Assembly (NCBI GenBank): GCA_012295275.1
Contig: CM022665.1
Location: 36,270,001-36,334,000 of the forward strand
Reading direction: 5' to 3'
Length of the DNA stretch: 64,000 nt
Source: Chrysomallon squamiferum
Lineage: Eukaryota > Animalia > Mollusca
The first letter of the stretch is position 1. Every line of letters starts with the position of its first letter. The notes below the pieces were generated by a model, which was not told the origin of the DNA, did no database searches, and saw nothing but the letters and a program-made list of their open reading frames with translations. Positions 27,847 through 38,905 of this stretch are shown one piece after another. Both the position numbers and the translations under genes were made by a program.

Positions 27847-29176
27847 TGTGTATGTACAAAATAAATAAATAAATAAATTATAATAATAATAAAAAATAAA
27901 TTAATAACTGGATTTGTAACCCAAAATAAGTATCTTAGGTTACTATTATAGCAGGTGATATTTGCACCGCCTGCCCGAAGTTTAAATTTGTATTATTTTT
28001 ATTAAGTCCATTATAATTTAATACCTGTAACTTGGGTTTGTAAAAGAAACTATTAATACAGTAACATGCATCTTGTAAGTTATTATCTCTGGCAAAATAA
28101 CTTACTTTTTTCACAACCAACCTTTATTTACAGAAGGTAAAAAGAACAACACAATAAACCATTCTGATTGTAAAGAATAAGGTTTTATTTTCATCAGATT
28201 GTAAAGTCAAAAATGTATAAACAAATTTAACAAAATTAAGTTTAACTATGTTTCTAACTTACCTATTACTTGCTATTACCATCCTGTTAATATTTTTACT
28301 TTATTTATTTATTCTTTAAATATGTATATATATGCATTTAGTTTTAGTTTTGCAAACATGAGGAATTTATAAAACAAATTCTAAATGTGTATTTGGTTTG
28401 CTACTTTTGCACTTTTGGGAATTTATCATCAATAAATGGAGCCAAACTACAAATGGTTTTAAGTTACTAATAATACTGACTTTACATCAGTCAAAGAGTG
28501 CAATTAAGGGGGTAAAAAAGAAAGACAAAATTAAATAAATAACAAAAATAACGATAAAATATACATATTCTCTAATGTTAAATTCAGGCCATAATTTATT
28601 TTCAATCTGAGGAAAAACAAAAGCAAAATAACAAAAACTGAACATATAAATTTGTCATTCAGATCAATAATATTTTAGACCACTAATTATCAACAATTTA
28701 GATCAGACTGTTTACATTTGAAGAAGAACATCTTTATACACTCGTGCAGTTAAATACTTTTGTCAAGTATTTCTCACATAGGTATTTATGTTTAATTTTC
28801 TTTTTTTTTATTTGTCATTTAATGACCTAATAATCTGTCTTACCACCAAAACAACAGAAACAAACTGTACATTATTCCATTATTAAAATGAAATGGTACA
28901 GCATTTAAATCCAAAAACATGAAAACAAACCCCAAAATCCAACAACAAAATAAAAAATAAAAGAATAAAAATAAAATAAAATAAATATAAAATAAATATG
29001 ATAACAATGTCATGTAACAGATTAGAGTTGTGTAAATCTAGAAAAATGTTTTTACAGAACAAATATTTAACTGTACTGGTAACTGCATTAGACATAAATG
29101 GTCCGAAATGGTAACAGAATTCAAAGATTAAAACAGCAGTAACAACCATTACTTAGTTACATGCTGGCCAGCAGAC
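27749..29176 (-). CDS. Candidate alternative distal C-terminus of RBM4/Lark: microexons 29176-29153 and 28283-28263, terminal exon from 27758 with stop at 27749
   Basis: ttatgtttag|GTCTGCTGGCCAGCATGTAACTAA|gtaatg; ttaacag|GATGGTAATAGCAAGTAATAG|gtaagt; cctttcag|ATGTGGCTAA. All are phase 2 and in frame (..RSAGQHVTK(MVIASNR)CG*). AATAAA lies on the minus strand at 27648-27653. Confidence 0.5.
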
Positions 29177-29611
29177 CTAAACATAAAGCAGAGAAAATAA
29201 CAATAAACTGTGGTAATAAACGGAACTCAAACTAAAACTCGACCGTTAAAAGTAGCGAAATTTATTTTACTTCTTCCCGAGTGAGGCGTTTTCTCTTTAT
29301 CGAACAATAACGATTAATGTGAAATGAAAATGTTCTAAACAACTAAAATGTAAAAACCATGTCTGTCTGGTTTGTCTAATGTCATGATCTGAATAAACGA
29401 AAACACGAAAATGAAAAATGAATATAATACACAATGAACATGATACATGGAATCCGTTGAAGCGTATCCACGAATAACGTCTTAAAACACAAATACGTCG
29501 TTTTGTTTTGTTTGGTTTTTTTGCCGTAGTTTTTTTTTTAGTTTTTTTTTTGCTTTGTTTTCAGCGAGACGATTACTGCAGGAACTCTGTGTGTCCGTAC
29601 AAACGCGTATC

Positions 29612-32600
29612 TCAGTATGGCCCGGGTACGCGGGATCTAGGCGGCACAGGCAGCGGAGGAGATGCAGCACGACCTGGAACCGGTGGAAGAGGGCTGTGCG
29701 TAGAAGAAAACAGTACACAGTTATCCTTATGAGCATAGTAATAGATTTCATTCTATATGGATTAATACGTCATTTTTAAATTATGAAATTAAACAGTAAT
29801 AAAGTATATTCAATCTGGAATCTGTCTAGCAGTCAAGATGTGTGAAATACTAAACACCAAATAGCAACTGTGATAATAAAGTACCGTCTAGCACTTGGCA
29901 TTAATATAACAAAATGTTTGATCTAACATGAATGGGGAATGACAAAATAAAATTCTTGGACATTTTCCCTAATTTTATGTATTTATTTATTTTATTATTT
30001 TGCGACAGAACAGTTCCAATAAAATGCATTGCATGTACTGCTGTGGTTTGAAGTCCTCAAAATGAAATGCTCGTGCAATGTGGAATCAAGAATCGTATCT
30101 ATACAACTGTATTTTAGAAGGAAAATATATCTGATTATTTAACTATTTCCAGTAACATGAAAGACTGTTGCAGATACTGCAATTACACAATGCTATCAGA
30201 AAAAGTTTTCGAAGTATGCTTTTACTGAGAAGTCTGTGAATTTCACAAAAATGTTAAGAATGTTTAATGTTTATTAACTATTTTAAGTACTTGTACTCCA
30301 AATTTATTTCAAATAAGTAAAATGAATTTTATAATTTAAGTAAAAAAAATGGAGAACTTCAATTCATTATTAGCTGTCTAAAACCATTTATTCCAGTTTT
30401 TGACACTGTGATCCTGTAGACATCTAATTTTACCATTTCTAAGGTAATATAAAACATTTTCCATATTTGAACACTTTCAAATTTCCTTACCTTTTGTATA
30501 ATCATGCTAAATTTCAAGCAATCATATTGAATTAAAATTATTTTTGTCTAAATCATTTATCCAGTGTAAAATAAAATAGAATAATTAACTAAAACAAAAT
30601 AAACCAATTAATAAAAAAAAAAAGAAACTGAAAAATACTGAACTAATTATAATATAATCAAGGTGTTTTGTTTGTAGATTTAAAAAAAAAAAAAAAATTG
30701 TTGGCAAGGTACTATCCGTTTTCCTGATGTTCCAAACAGAACTAGTTGTCAAAATAAAGTTGTCAGTTAAAACATAAGTAAAATTAAACATGGCTTAACC
30801 ATAAGAGAAGTAACAACATGTCAATTAAACTGAACATGGTAAAGCAACATTCATAATACATACATGACTCTGGATCTGCTGCTGTATCTATGAATAAAAT
30901 GACCGTGTATGTAAATTGTATTGTTTAAAGTTTTTATTAAATAGAAATGAGATCATGAATCAGTCATTTCAAAAGGTATTGCCATAATATTTTCAAACTC
31001 AGCTATAGTCATACACGTGACAATGGTTTCAGCATACAGTGAATTGTGCATGTATAATGTGTTATATGAATTATGTATATCAGCATCAGCATGTGTTTTC
31101 TGCACCTTGCTTTTGAAAATAATGAAAACAAAATTTTAAGATTTTTATGAAACACAATTGATCAGAAACAAAAGTAACTATGATAATTGAGGCAAATGGA
31201 AATATTCAGCAGAAAATATCTGTGAACAAAAATGCAAGCAGAAATTTTTATCATCCCATCTTTAACATTATAACAGACTGTTCCTTACTTAGAAATCTAA
31301 GCAGATAGCAACAAAAATGTGCAACTAAAAAGAAAATTAAATGTCTCATAGCCAGTCAGTCAGTTCTTCTTTGGACTATGTTAATACACAGAAAACCAGA
31401 TTTTAAAAAATAATAATAAATAAATAAAATCAATTAAAGTTTATCCTCCAGAATCATAGACATTATCAGCTTTTACATTTTATTATTCTCAGCATATCTT
31501 AAACCACTGACATCTGAATATGCTTATAAACAGAAATGTGCAAAAAAGCAATACCCAAATAAAATGAAAGCTTATCAGGTCAACACATGAAAGACGGCTG
31601 AAACCAAAATGACAACTTTTCAGCATAAAAGTATGAAAGATAATACTTTACCACAGAAAAAGACCACAGTATTCTTTTAAGAATCTAATTTAATAATATA
31701 TACTCACGGCCAAAAGAAACTGTACCTAACAATAATTTTAAAGTAAATAAAACTGTAGAATAAATTTAAATCATTTTAAATATGTAAATAAAAAAGCTTG
31801 TGTATTTCACTTTCAACAGATCTTGGTATCTCAAGATGCTTCTCTATTTATGGAATTAAAAATATTTTCTAAAAGTTTAAATTTTTCCTCTTTAATTGTA
31901 AAAATAGTATGGTACACTCTCTTTTGCCCATGTAAACACTTAAACAACAATAACAAAAAAGACTGTTTGGTAAAACAATATTAAAATATTATATAAGATA
32001 AATTCATACTGTTAGTCTTTCTGATCAGCAATTTCAAAGAAAGGAGGAAAAAAAAGAAAAGAAAGAATGTAGATAGAAACAATGGAAGAAATGTAAGTTG
32101 TTAGAATGGTCTTTTCCAGCAAACTATAGATAACATGCAGAAAACTCACTGTTCTATAAATATACAAATAAAAACTATTTTCAATGGCAGAAAGATTACG
32201 TTCACCATTCATATCCAAGTTTTCCATATGACTTAGTGTTTACCTGGTAACACTGATATTAAATGTGTCTCAAGAAACACAGAAATAAATAGTTTTTAAA
32301 TAAACAACACAGACTCACCGTCTTCTGTAGTAATCTTCATAATATGGATCTCTGAATAAAATAAAAAATTAAATTAAAAATAATAAAACCAGAAATAAAA
32401 GGAAAATAAAAGAAACAATTAATAATACTAAAATAAAATAAAAATAATTCCTGACTTGGACTTATCTTAGAATTTTTCAGTGATATTTTCAGATACTGTG
32501 AAATATTCATGAAATCGTAAAAGATATTTAAAAAAAAAAAAAAAGTAGATTTGTTAATTGTGGTTACTAACAAGTGCCTGGGTGGAGATCTTCTATAATA

Positions 32601-35600
32601 ATCTGGTGGTGGTCTTGCATAAGGATCTCTCTCTCTGTAATATGGATCTCTTGGCGGGGGTGATAGAGGTCTTCGGTCATAAATGTCAGGGTACGGTCTG
32701 TATCGGTCCAGAGGAGGTGGGGGTGGCAGGTACCTGTCTCTGTAGTAGGGATCATCATAAGGATCTCGGTGTCTGCTATATGGACTCTCTCTTGGAGGAT
32801 ACCTTGGCCTTGTCCTATGAATAAAATGAATTGTTATAACTGTTTAAAATGTCAGACAAATTGAAATATTTGTTGTATATATTTTTTTTTTTATAACCTA
32901 TATACACAATTACAAACACAAAATAATCAAGATTAAAAACATATACTTAAACATGTAGATATCCAGACATTCAACAGTGATCAGCAATACTACATATACA
33001 CATCAGACAAAAATACAGCTGACTGCATAACTAGGAAAATCCTGTCATGTTCTGAAACTTCCATAGGGTTAACCCAGCATGTATGAATTCAGTATGTTAA
33101 TACTACAATGGGTTAACATTAAAAATTCAAGTTAAATCATTACCAAGTTGGAATAATGCTGCTACTCCTTCCTGCACTGCCTGATGTTCTAGATCTAAAA
33201 TTTAAGTCATTATATCACTCAGTAACAAACAATTCACAAAAAGACAGAAATTATTTACTTTTGTAAACCTAAAAAATATATAAAATGTTGATGCTTTACA
33301 ACATTATTTCAAATAATATAACTTATCTTTAATGTATTTATCTTATCAGTAAAAAAAAAAAGATATTTTTTGTATGGTTTTACATTAAAATACTCACGGC
33401 CCAGAAGGACAATCTTTTGACCTGAAATACAAGTTAAAGTAAAAATCAAAGATGTTATATAAAACACACACTGATGTGCACACACATTTGACAAGGTTAC
33501 AATCCTCAGATGCTAACAAAATGGATTTAAAAAAGCATACTGAGTATCTTTGAATTTGATACATTTACTTTTAATTTTCATGCATTTGTGCTCCCTGTCC
33601 TCTATTTTAAATCAGTTACTAATCACTGAGATGATGAAATTATAATTTAAGATGTGTTAAATGTGAAACATACTGGTATAAAAATATTGATTACGAAGCT
33701 TGTTACAAATATCTTACCAATGACCACTTTTCCCACACTTGTAACAATCTCCCTGTCCACCCATTCCTGGCTTCTGTCGGACTCTGCTGTGAGACAACTG
33801 GAAAAAAATTAAATTAAAAAAAATAAGTGATAAAGAGTTTAAAACATGTGAAAGAACTTATAGGAGATGATTCCCCCATTTCTGAAAGACGTTTCTTTAG
33901 TCTAAAGGATGAGTCAAGAGATCAATGAAGACTTGATTCTGATGCATTGGTAGCAGTTTTTGATGCTAAACCAACCATTACAACAGCATCATTTTTAGCA
34001 GGCCCTCAAAAGAAACAATTAGCACTTTGAATTTTGTAAGCTGGATAAGTAGTTTGTGAGCTAATCAAAGATGCTAAAATGCCTGATTTTTGAGAAATGG
34101 CAAGCCAATAATTACATTACATTTTAAAACAAAGGTGGCATGAGAAAAATCAAATTATAGTGTTTCCTGTTCTTGTACATTTATGTTTCTATTTATCCAA
34201 TTGTTGTCAAATTTTGTACACTATTAAAAAAGGGACCGAAAGTTAACTTTCGGCATTTTATTATTATCCAATATAATGATCTTGACCTAGTTTACATATA
34301 TTTACTTATAATGAAAAATGAATAATTCATAATATTAACAAACTATTGAGTCACTAGTTATGAAAAATTAACTAAATTAAATATCTCTTGGTTTTGGGTT
34401 TGTTAAATTTTTACTTTTAGCAACAATGCAATATAGGATGGTGGTCATTCTGAATTTTTGTAAATTTCATGGTTTCATGATTTTGAAGTATTTGACTACA
34501 CTGCATATTAAATTACTGTTTATTTTTGTTACAGTTGAATCATTTCAGGTAATGTTATTTGTTGAATGAGGAATTAGATGATTCTACACATCAGCTGTAG
34601 CCCAAGAGAGCAGTCAGCCATTTTGAATTTGTTAGAATGTTATAATTTTCTCAAATTAATCAAATATATGAAATGGTGATAATCAAATTATATTCAGTCC
34701 ATTTATCAATACTGAATCCAAATCAACCATAAAATATAAACTAGGAACAGGATAGTTACAACATATAATAATGTATGTATACTCCGTCATATTATGCTAT
34801 CATTAGCACATAACTTGTAGCTATCTCGAGTTCCAGTAATTTTCATCCATGTACTGTGTTCTAACAAGTTATATGGAATGTAACAGATGATAGTTATAAA
34901 TATAAGTTAAATGTCTACACTCAATAAAAATAAAAACTTTCACATTCCCAAAATATCTTTGAATTTTTAAACTCTTGAGAATACTGAATGTTCATCCACT
35001 GGCATCATTTGGTGCAATGTCAAAGAAACCAGAAAGGACACATTTAAAATCCTGTCTTTGATATCACGAGTTGTTGGCCACTTGACAACCCTGATTCCTT
35101 TGCATGTAGAAATATTTTGAAGAAAACTGTTGCTACTTTATTTTGAACTGTTAATACCTCACCTACAAATCTTTTTTGTTTTGGTTTATGGAGTTGAACG
35201 GATATTTTTTCTAATTTTCTTCTTTTTATCCAAATGTTGTGAAGAGACAACTGACTGACAGATAAGTTCTGAAGCATTTTGTAATGGATGAAGTCTAATG
35301 ATGGATTTTATGTAATCTGCAAGCTGGATCAGTGACAGAGGCTGCTGGTCTTTCTGAAACTTTGCAAGACATTTTTGAATCAGAATGACTTTTTACACAT
35401 GTACATGACATTTTATCTGTTCCTTAACTGCTAGTTTACTTGCACTGTCCCCCTTCGAAGCTTGCCAGAAAAAATTACTTTCTGTGCTATTTGTTGTCCT
35501 GATTTTCTTAACTTTTGTTCCTATACTTCATTTTTTTCTTTCTTTTTGCTTGAACTTGCTGACATTTCTTAATTATTTCTTTCCATTGCTGATATTCTAT

Positions 35601-37422
35601 TTGTCTTCTTTGGAAATAATGAGCTATTTTTGGATAAAACAAAGGAATTTGGTTACTGTCATCTTGGTGTAGCAAACTACCAATTCAGCATTAGCCCTAT
35701 GACAGTCAATGGTGAAATGAGAAGCTTCGAAAAATGACGAATTAAGGACAAATGGGTTCCACATGACCTGTCAGCAGAAAATGACTGAATATTGTGAATC
35801 ACTGCATTCTCATTAGGTTCAAGTGTCCTTTTAGACGAGAGTCATTATCTGGGATAAGAAGTGGATCATTTACCACAATGTTAAATGGAGGTGTCAGTGG
35901 CTTAGTCACTGAGGAAGACCTGCTTATCCAAAGAAGATTTTTCTGAGTGTATGATGGGATGTGCAGGGAATCACCATATTATCTATATTTGTGATTGAAC
36001 GTTATCAGCTGCCAGGACTAATCCTTTGCTGGGCTGTATTATTCAATGACCATAGACCTACCCTGACTGATCAATATTGAAATGATATTTGGCAGGAAGG
36101 TATTGGAGAGTACAACTCTGGCATTGTGTGGTATTCTCTGACAAATCCTGTTTCCATTTAAAGAATCCTGATGGTCAGTTGTGGATATGGTATAGGCACA
36201 GAGAATATTACCACAATTACTGCCTTGCCCAGAAAGATCAATGGGTCATGGTGTGGGCCAGGGTCATCAATGAATAACTCTCCCTGTCTACCATAGCAGA
36301 ATGAATGCCATTTACTACCAGCATAATTCTTGCAAAATCAAGTCACTCCCATCTTTCATCAGCATCACGATATACACACATTCCAGCAAGACAAGACACA
36401 AGCATACATAACCTCTGTTACAACACAGCATCTAATAAACAATAATGTCCTTTTGCTTGAATGTCAGCAGTATCCCAATTTATCGCCAACAGTGCTTCTT
36501 TGGGATTAATGTGCTATTGACTAATCAATGACTGTGCATCCGTTTTAGCATTATCAATCATCTATCTATTGCTGTCCCCACAATACATAGATATACAGAT
36601 ATATACATACATACATATATTATTTAACGGGACAAAAAGTGGTTTTATTATTTTCTGGTCACCAGGATCATGAGGATGCCTTAAATTTATTATTTCTGAA
36701 AGACAGTTTTCAGATACGTTTCTGAATTAGCAGGAAATTTTTTCATAAAAAGGAATAATGTTTGTTAACTATTACGTTCTAGCTATAAACAATTATTGAT
36801 AACTTAATCCCAACATGTTTATGAAAGAAAGAAAAACCTAATCAGTAATCTAATTCATCAAATGATTTATTTATAACATTACAAATTATGAGTAATATTT
36901 TTTTTCGCACTTACTTCAACTTTTAGTTCACTGCCTTGAAATTCAATGCCATTTAAATTTTCCACAGCAGTTTTTGCACATGTTGGATCTGCAAAATGCT
37001 AAAATGGAAAATAGATACAGAGTGACATTAAATAAACTTAATGATTAATAAATCATAAACAAAAAAGAGAAAATAACAAACATTACACATTTTATGTATC
37101 AGATGCAAATAATTATCTTCATGAAATGACATTTGCAATATTTTAAAATAACTGATTGTTTGGTGTGGGTTTTTTTTGCTAAGGTTTATAAACCAACAAA
37201 ACAAACAAACAAACAAAATAATAATAATAAAATAAAAATAAATAAAAAAAAAGTAATAAAAAATATATCAAAACAATAAATAATTACCACAAAGCCAAAA
37301 TTTTTGACAATATCACATTCCATAATTTCTCCATATTTACAGAACATTTCTTCTAAATCAGTTTTTCGACATGTTTCAGGCAAATTGCCTATAAAAATCT
37401 TTGTTGATACCTTTCTTGACAT
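29612..37422 (-). CDS. RBM4: RBM4/Lark-family RNA-binding protein: single RRM, CCHC zinc knuckle and RDPY/Pro-rich tail, about 243 aa
   Basis: Exons with canonical sites: 37422-37288 ([27 protein letters not shown]), 36998-36915 ([19 protein letters not shown]), 33797-33718 ([27 protein letters not shown]), 33421-33398 (SKDCPSG), 33194-33144, 32814-32572 ([25 protein letters not shown]), 32351-32319, 29693-29612 (..SRVPGPY*). The SRVRxKPGMG-CYxCGxxGHWSKxCP signature is typical of Lark/RBM4. The frame is continuous (732 nt). Confidence 0.88.
30864..30887 (-). CDS. Candidate 24-nt cassette microexon of the RBM4/Lark gene (YSSRSRV)
   Basis: ttttattcatag|ATACAGCAGCAGATCCAGAGTCAT|gtatgt; phase 2-2, open frame, RS-like peptide; the acceptor text is identical to that of exon 32814. 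Confidence 0.6.
31701..31935. mobile_element. Degenerate MITE-like element of about 235 bp with terminal inverted repeats
   Basis: Left end tactcacggccaaaagaaactgtacc versus reverse complement of the right end ttacatgggcaaaagagagtgtacc; AT-rich non-coding interior; TA context. Confidence 0.55.
35750..35975 (+). mobile_element. Mariner transposase relic in an RBM4/Lark intron
   Basis: Disrupted translation gives KWVPHDLS (mariner WVPHEL), [16 protein letters not shown] (RIVTGDEKWxxYxN) and [15 protein letters not shown] (HPKKVMLxVWWD). Confidence 0.8.
36040..36510 (+). mobile_element. Tc1-family transposase relic directly after the mariner relic
   Basis: [24 protein letters not shown], then FQQDKTQAY (FQQDNAxxH) and [12 protein letters not shown] (SPDLNPIExLW), with frameshifts and stops. 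Confidence 0.8.
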
Positions 37423-38077
37423 TATGATCTGAAAGTACAAAATTAATCAATTATTAATCAAATGAAAAACAGAAAAATAAAACATTTATTTTACATTTCT
37501 GATGTTAGCATCAACCTATTAATTTAATTACATAGCAGATAAAACAAAATATGTTTTAATTTAAAAAATGTAACTTATATACATCAAAATACAGATTATA
37601 AATCAAATTTGTTCTTGTAAAAAGAAACCAAGTGACTGCAGTTACAAAATATAAATTATTATAAGTTATAATAGATTTGGATTCAGATGAGGTGACAAAT
37701 TTAATAATTAATTTAGTAATAGACATATGTGACAAGTTGATAATAGATAATTTAAAAAAAATATTTACCTAGTTACTATCATCAAATATCTCTATTTCAC
37801 AGCTTATAAAATACAATACACATTTTATCTTATACAAAATAGAACTATCTGACAAATAAATTCAGATCAACTAAATTTCTGTTTTCAGATTAAAAGTTAA
37901 TATTAAAAATAAAAGACATTAGTTGATGGGGGGCAATTTGAGGTAACATTTTCAGTTTAAGAAAAAAAAAAATCAATTAATTAATTAAAATAATTGAAAA
38001 CTAGACTATTTTAAAATATTTAAAAAAAAAAAAAAAAATACATTGGGCTTGTAAAAATAATGTCTCACAAATTCAAC

Positions 38078-38116
<39 letters not shown>

Positions 38117-38719
38117 GTGTATGTGTGCGTTTATAAATATATATACATATTAATGTGAAATGACAATGCATTTTTAACACCAACATCTGTTTTTGGCTAA
38201 ATGCAACATTATCTTAAATATGCATTGCAAGAAATTTAATTATTTATGTAAACCTTAATAAAATTTAATGTTAAATATTTGTTTCATTTTCCAATCATGC
38301 TGACTTGGATTTTACTGCAGAATTTACCATGTGAAAGAACTGGGATAACTAAACTGATTATCATACCAATTTAATGTAAATTAATATAGGACCAATGAGT
38401 GAATGACCATTTAAATAAATACATCAATTTTATTGGGTAGGGGATTGTACCTATGAATATTTCCATATTATTTTATTATCTCACTAAGCAGAATACCGTA
38501 AGTGCGTTTGAGAATTCTGAAGTATTCATGCTTTTACAAAAGAAAAAAAAAAAAAAAAAAAAAAAAAATGAAACGCGCGAACAATGTTAAAATGTTCTCA
38601 CGACAAACAATGCACGAGATCATTAGCAATACAGCGATATTACTATACACGTTCGTAATATAAATAGCAAATAAAGTAATTAAAATGTCATAAATTTAAA
38701 ATTTCATTCGAATGAAACT

Positions 38720-38905
38720 GACCAAAGACGTATAGAAAACGAAAAATATACACGAATAGTCAATTCAGCAGAGCAAACGATGGCGTTACTGCGTAGCGCC
38801 CCCTTTCGAACTGGCTAAAATTAGGTTACTGGTAAGTTTGTGTTTTGTTTGAACAGATACCTTAGAAGGGAAATAACTCCGTAGCAACAAGTATGTTTCA
38901 AAATG
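38720..38905. promoter_or_regulatory. Bidirectional promoter shared by RBM4/Lark (-) and KIZ (+)
   Basis: CpG-rich patch of about 38480-38950 in a CpG-depleted background; YY1-like CAAAATGGCG over the KIZ ATG; AAGGGAAATAACTCC at 38866-38880; near-palindrome GGCGTTAC-TGC-GTAGCGCC at about 38782-38800. Confidence 0.7.
38723..38800 (-). other. Putative non-coding first exon of RBM4/Lark
   Basis: CpG-rich segment ending in the donor TTG|GTCAGT at 38722; the ATG exon has an acceptor ttcag at 37429 only 6 nt before the ATG. The 5' boundary is approximate. Confidence 0.55.

Noticed and set aside
29482-29779. Three overlapping ORFs on both strands
   Set aside because: Shadow frames of the GC-rich RBM4/Lark last exon.
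27760-31600. Intronic C/D-box snoRNAs in the Lark 3' introns
   Set aside because: No RTGATGA...CTGA pair with a terminal stem was found by eye; snoscan or Infernal would be needed.
32244-32252. 9-nt candidate microexon (cag|TGTTACCAG|gtaaac) within a small palindrome
   Set aside because: Frame-preserving, but only 66 nt from the previous donor and with a poor polypyrimidine tract; may be chance.
32558-32824. Plus-strand 88-aa ORF and minus-strand 63-aa ORF
   Set aside because: Shadow frames of the true RBM4/Lark RDPY-rich exon.
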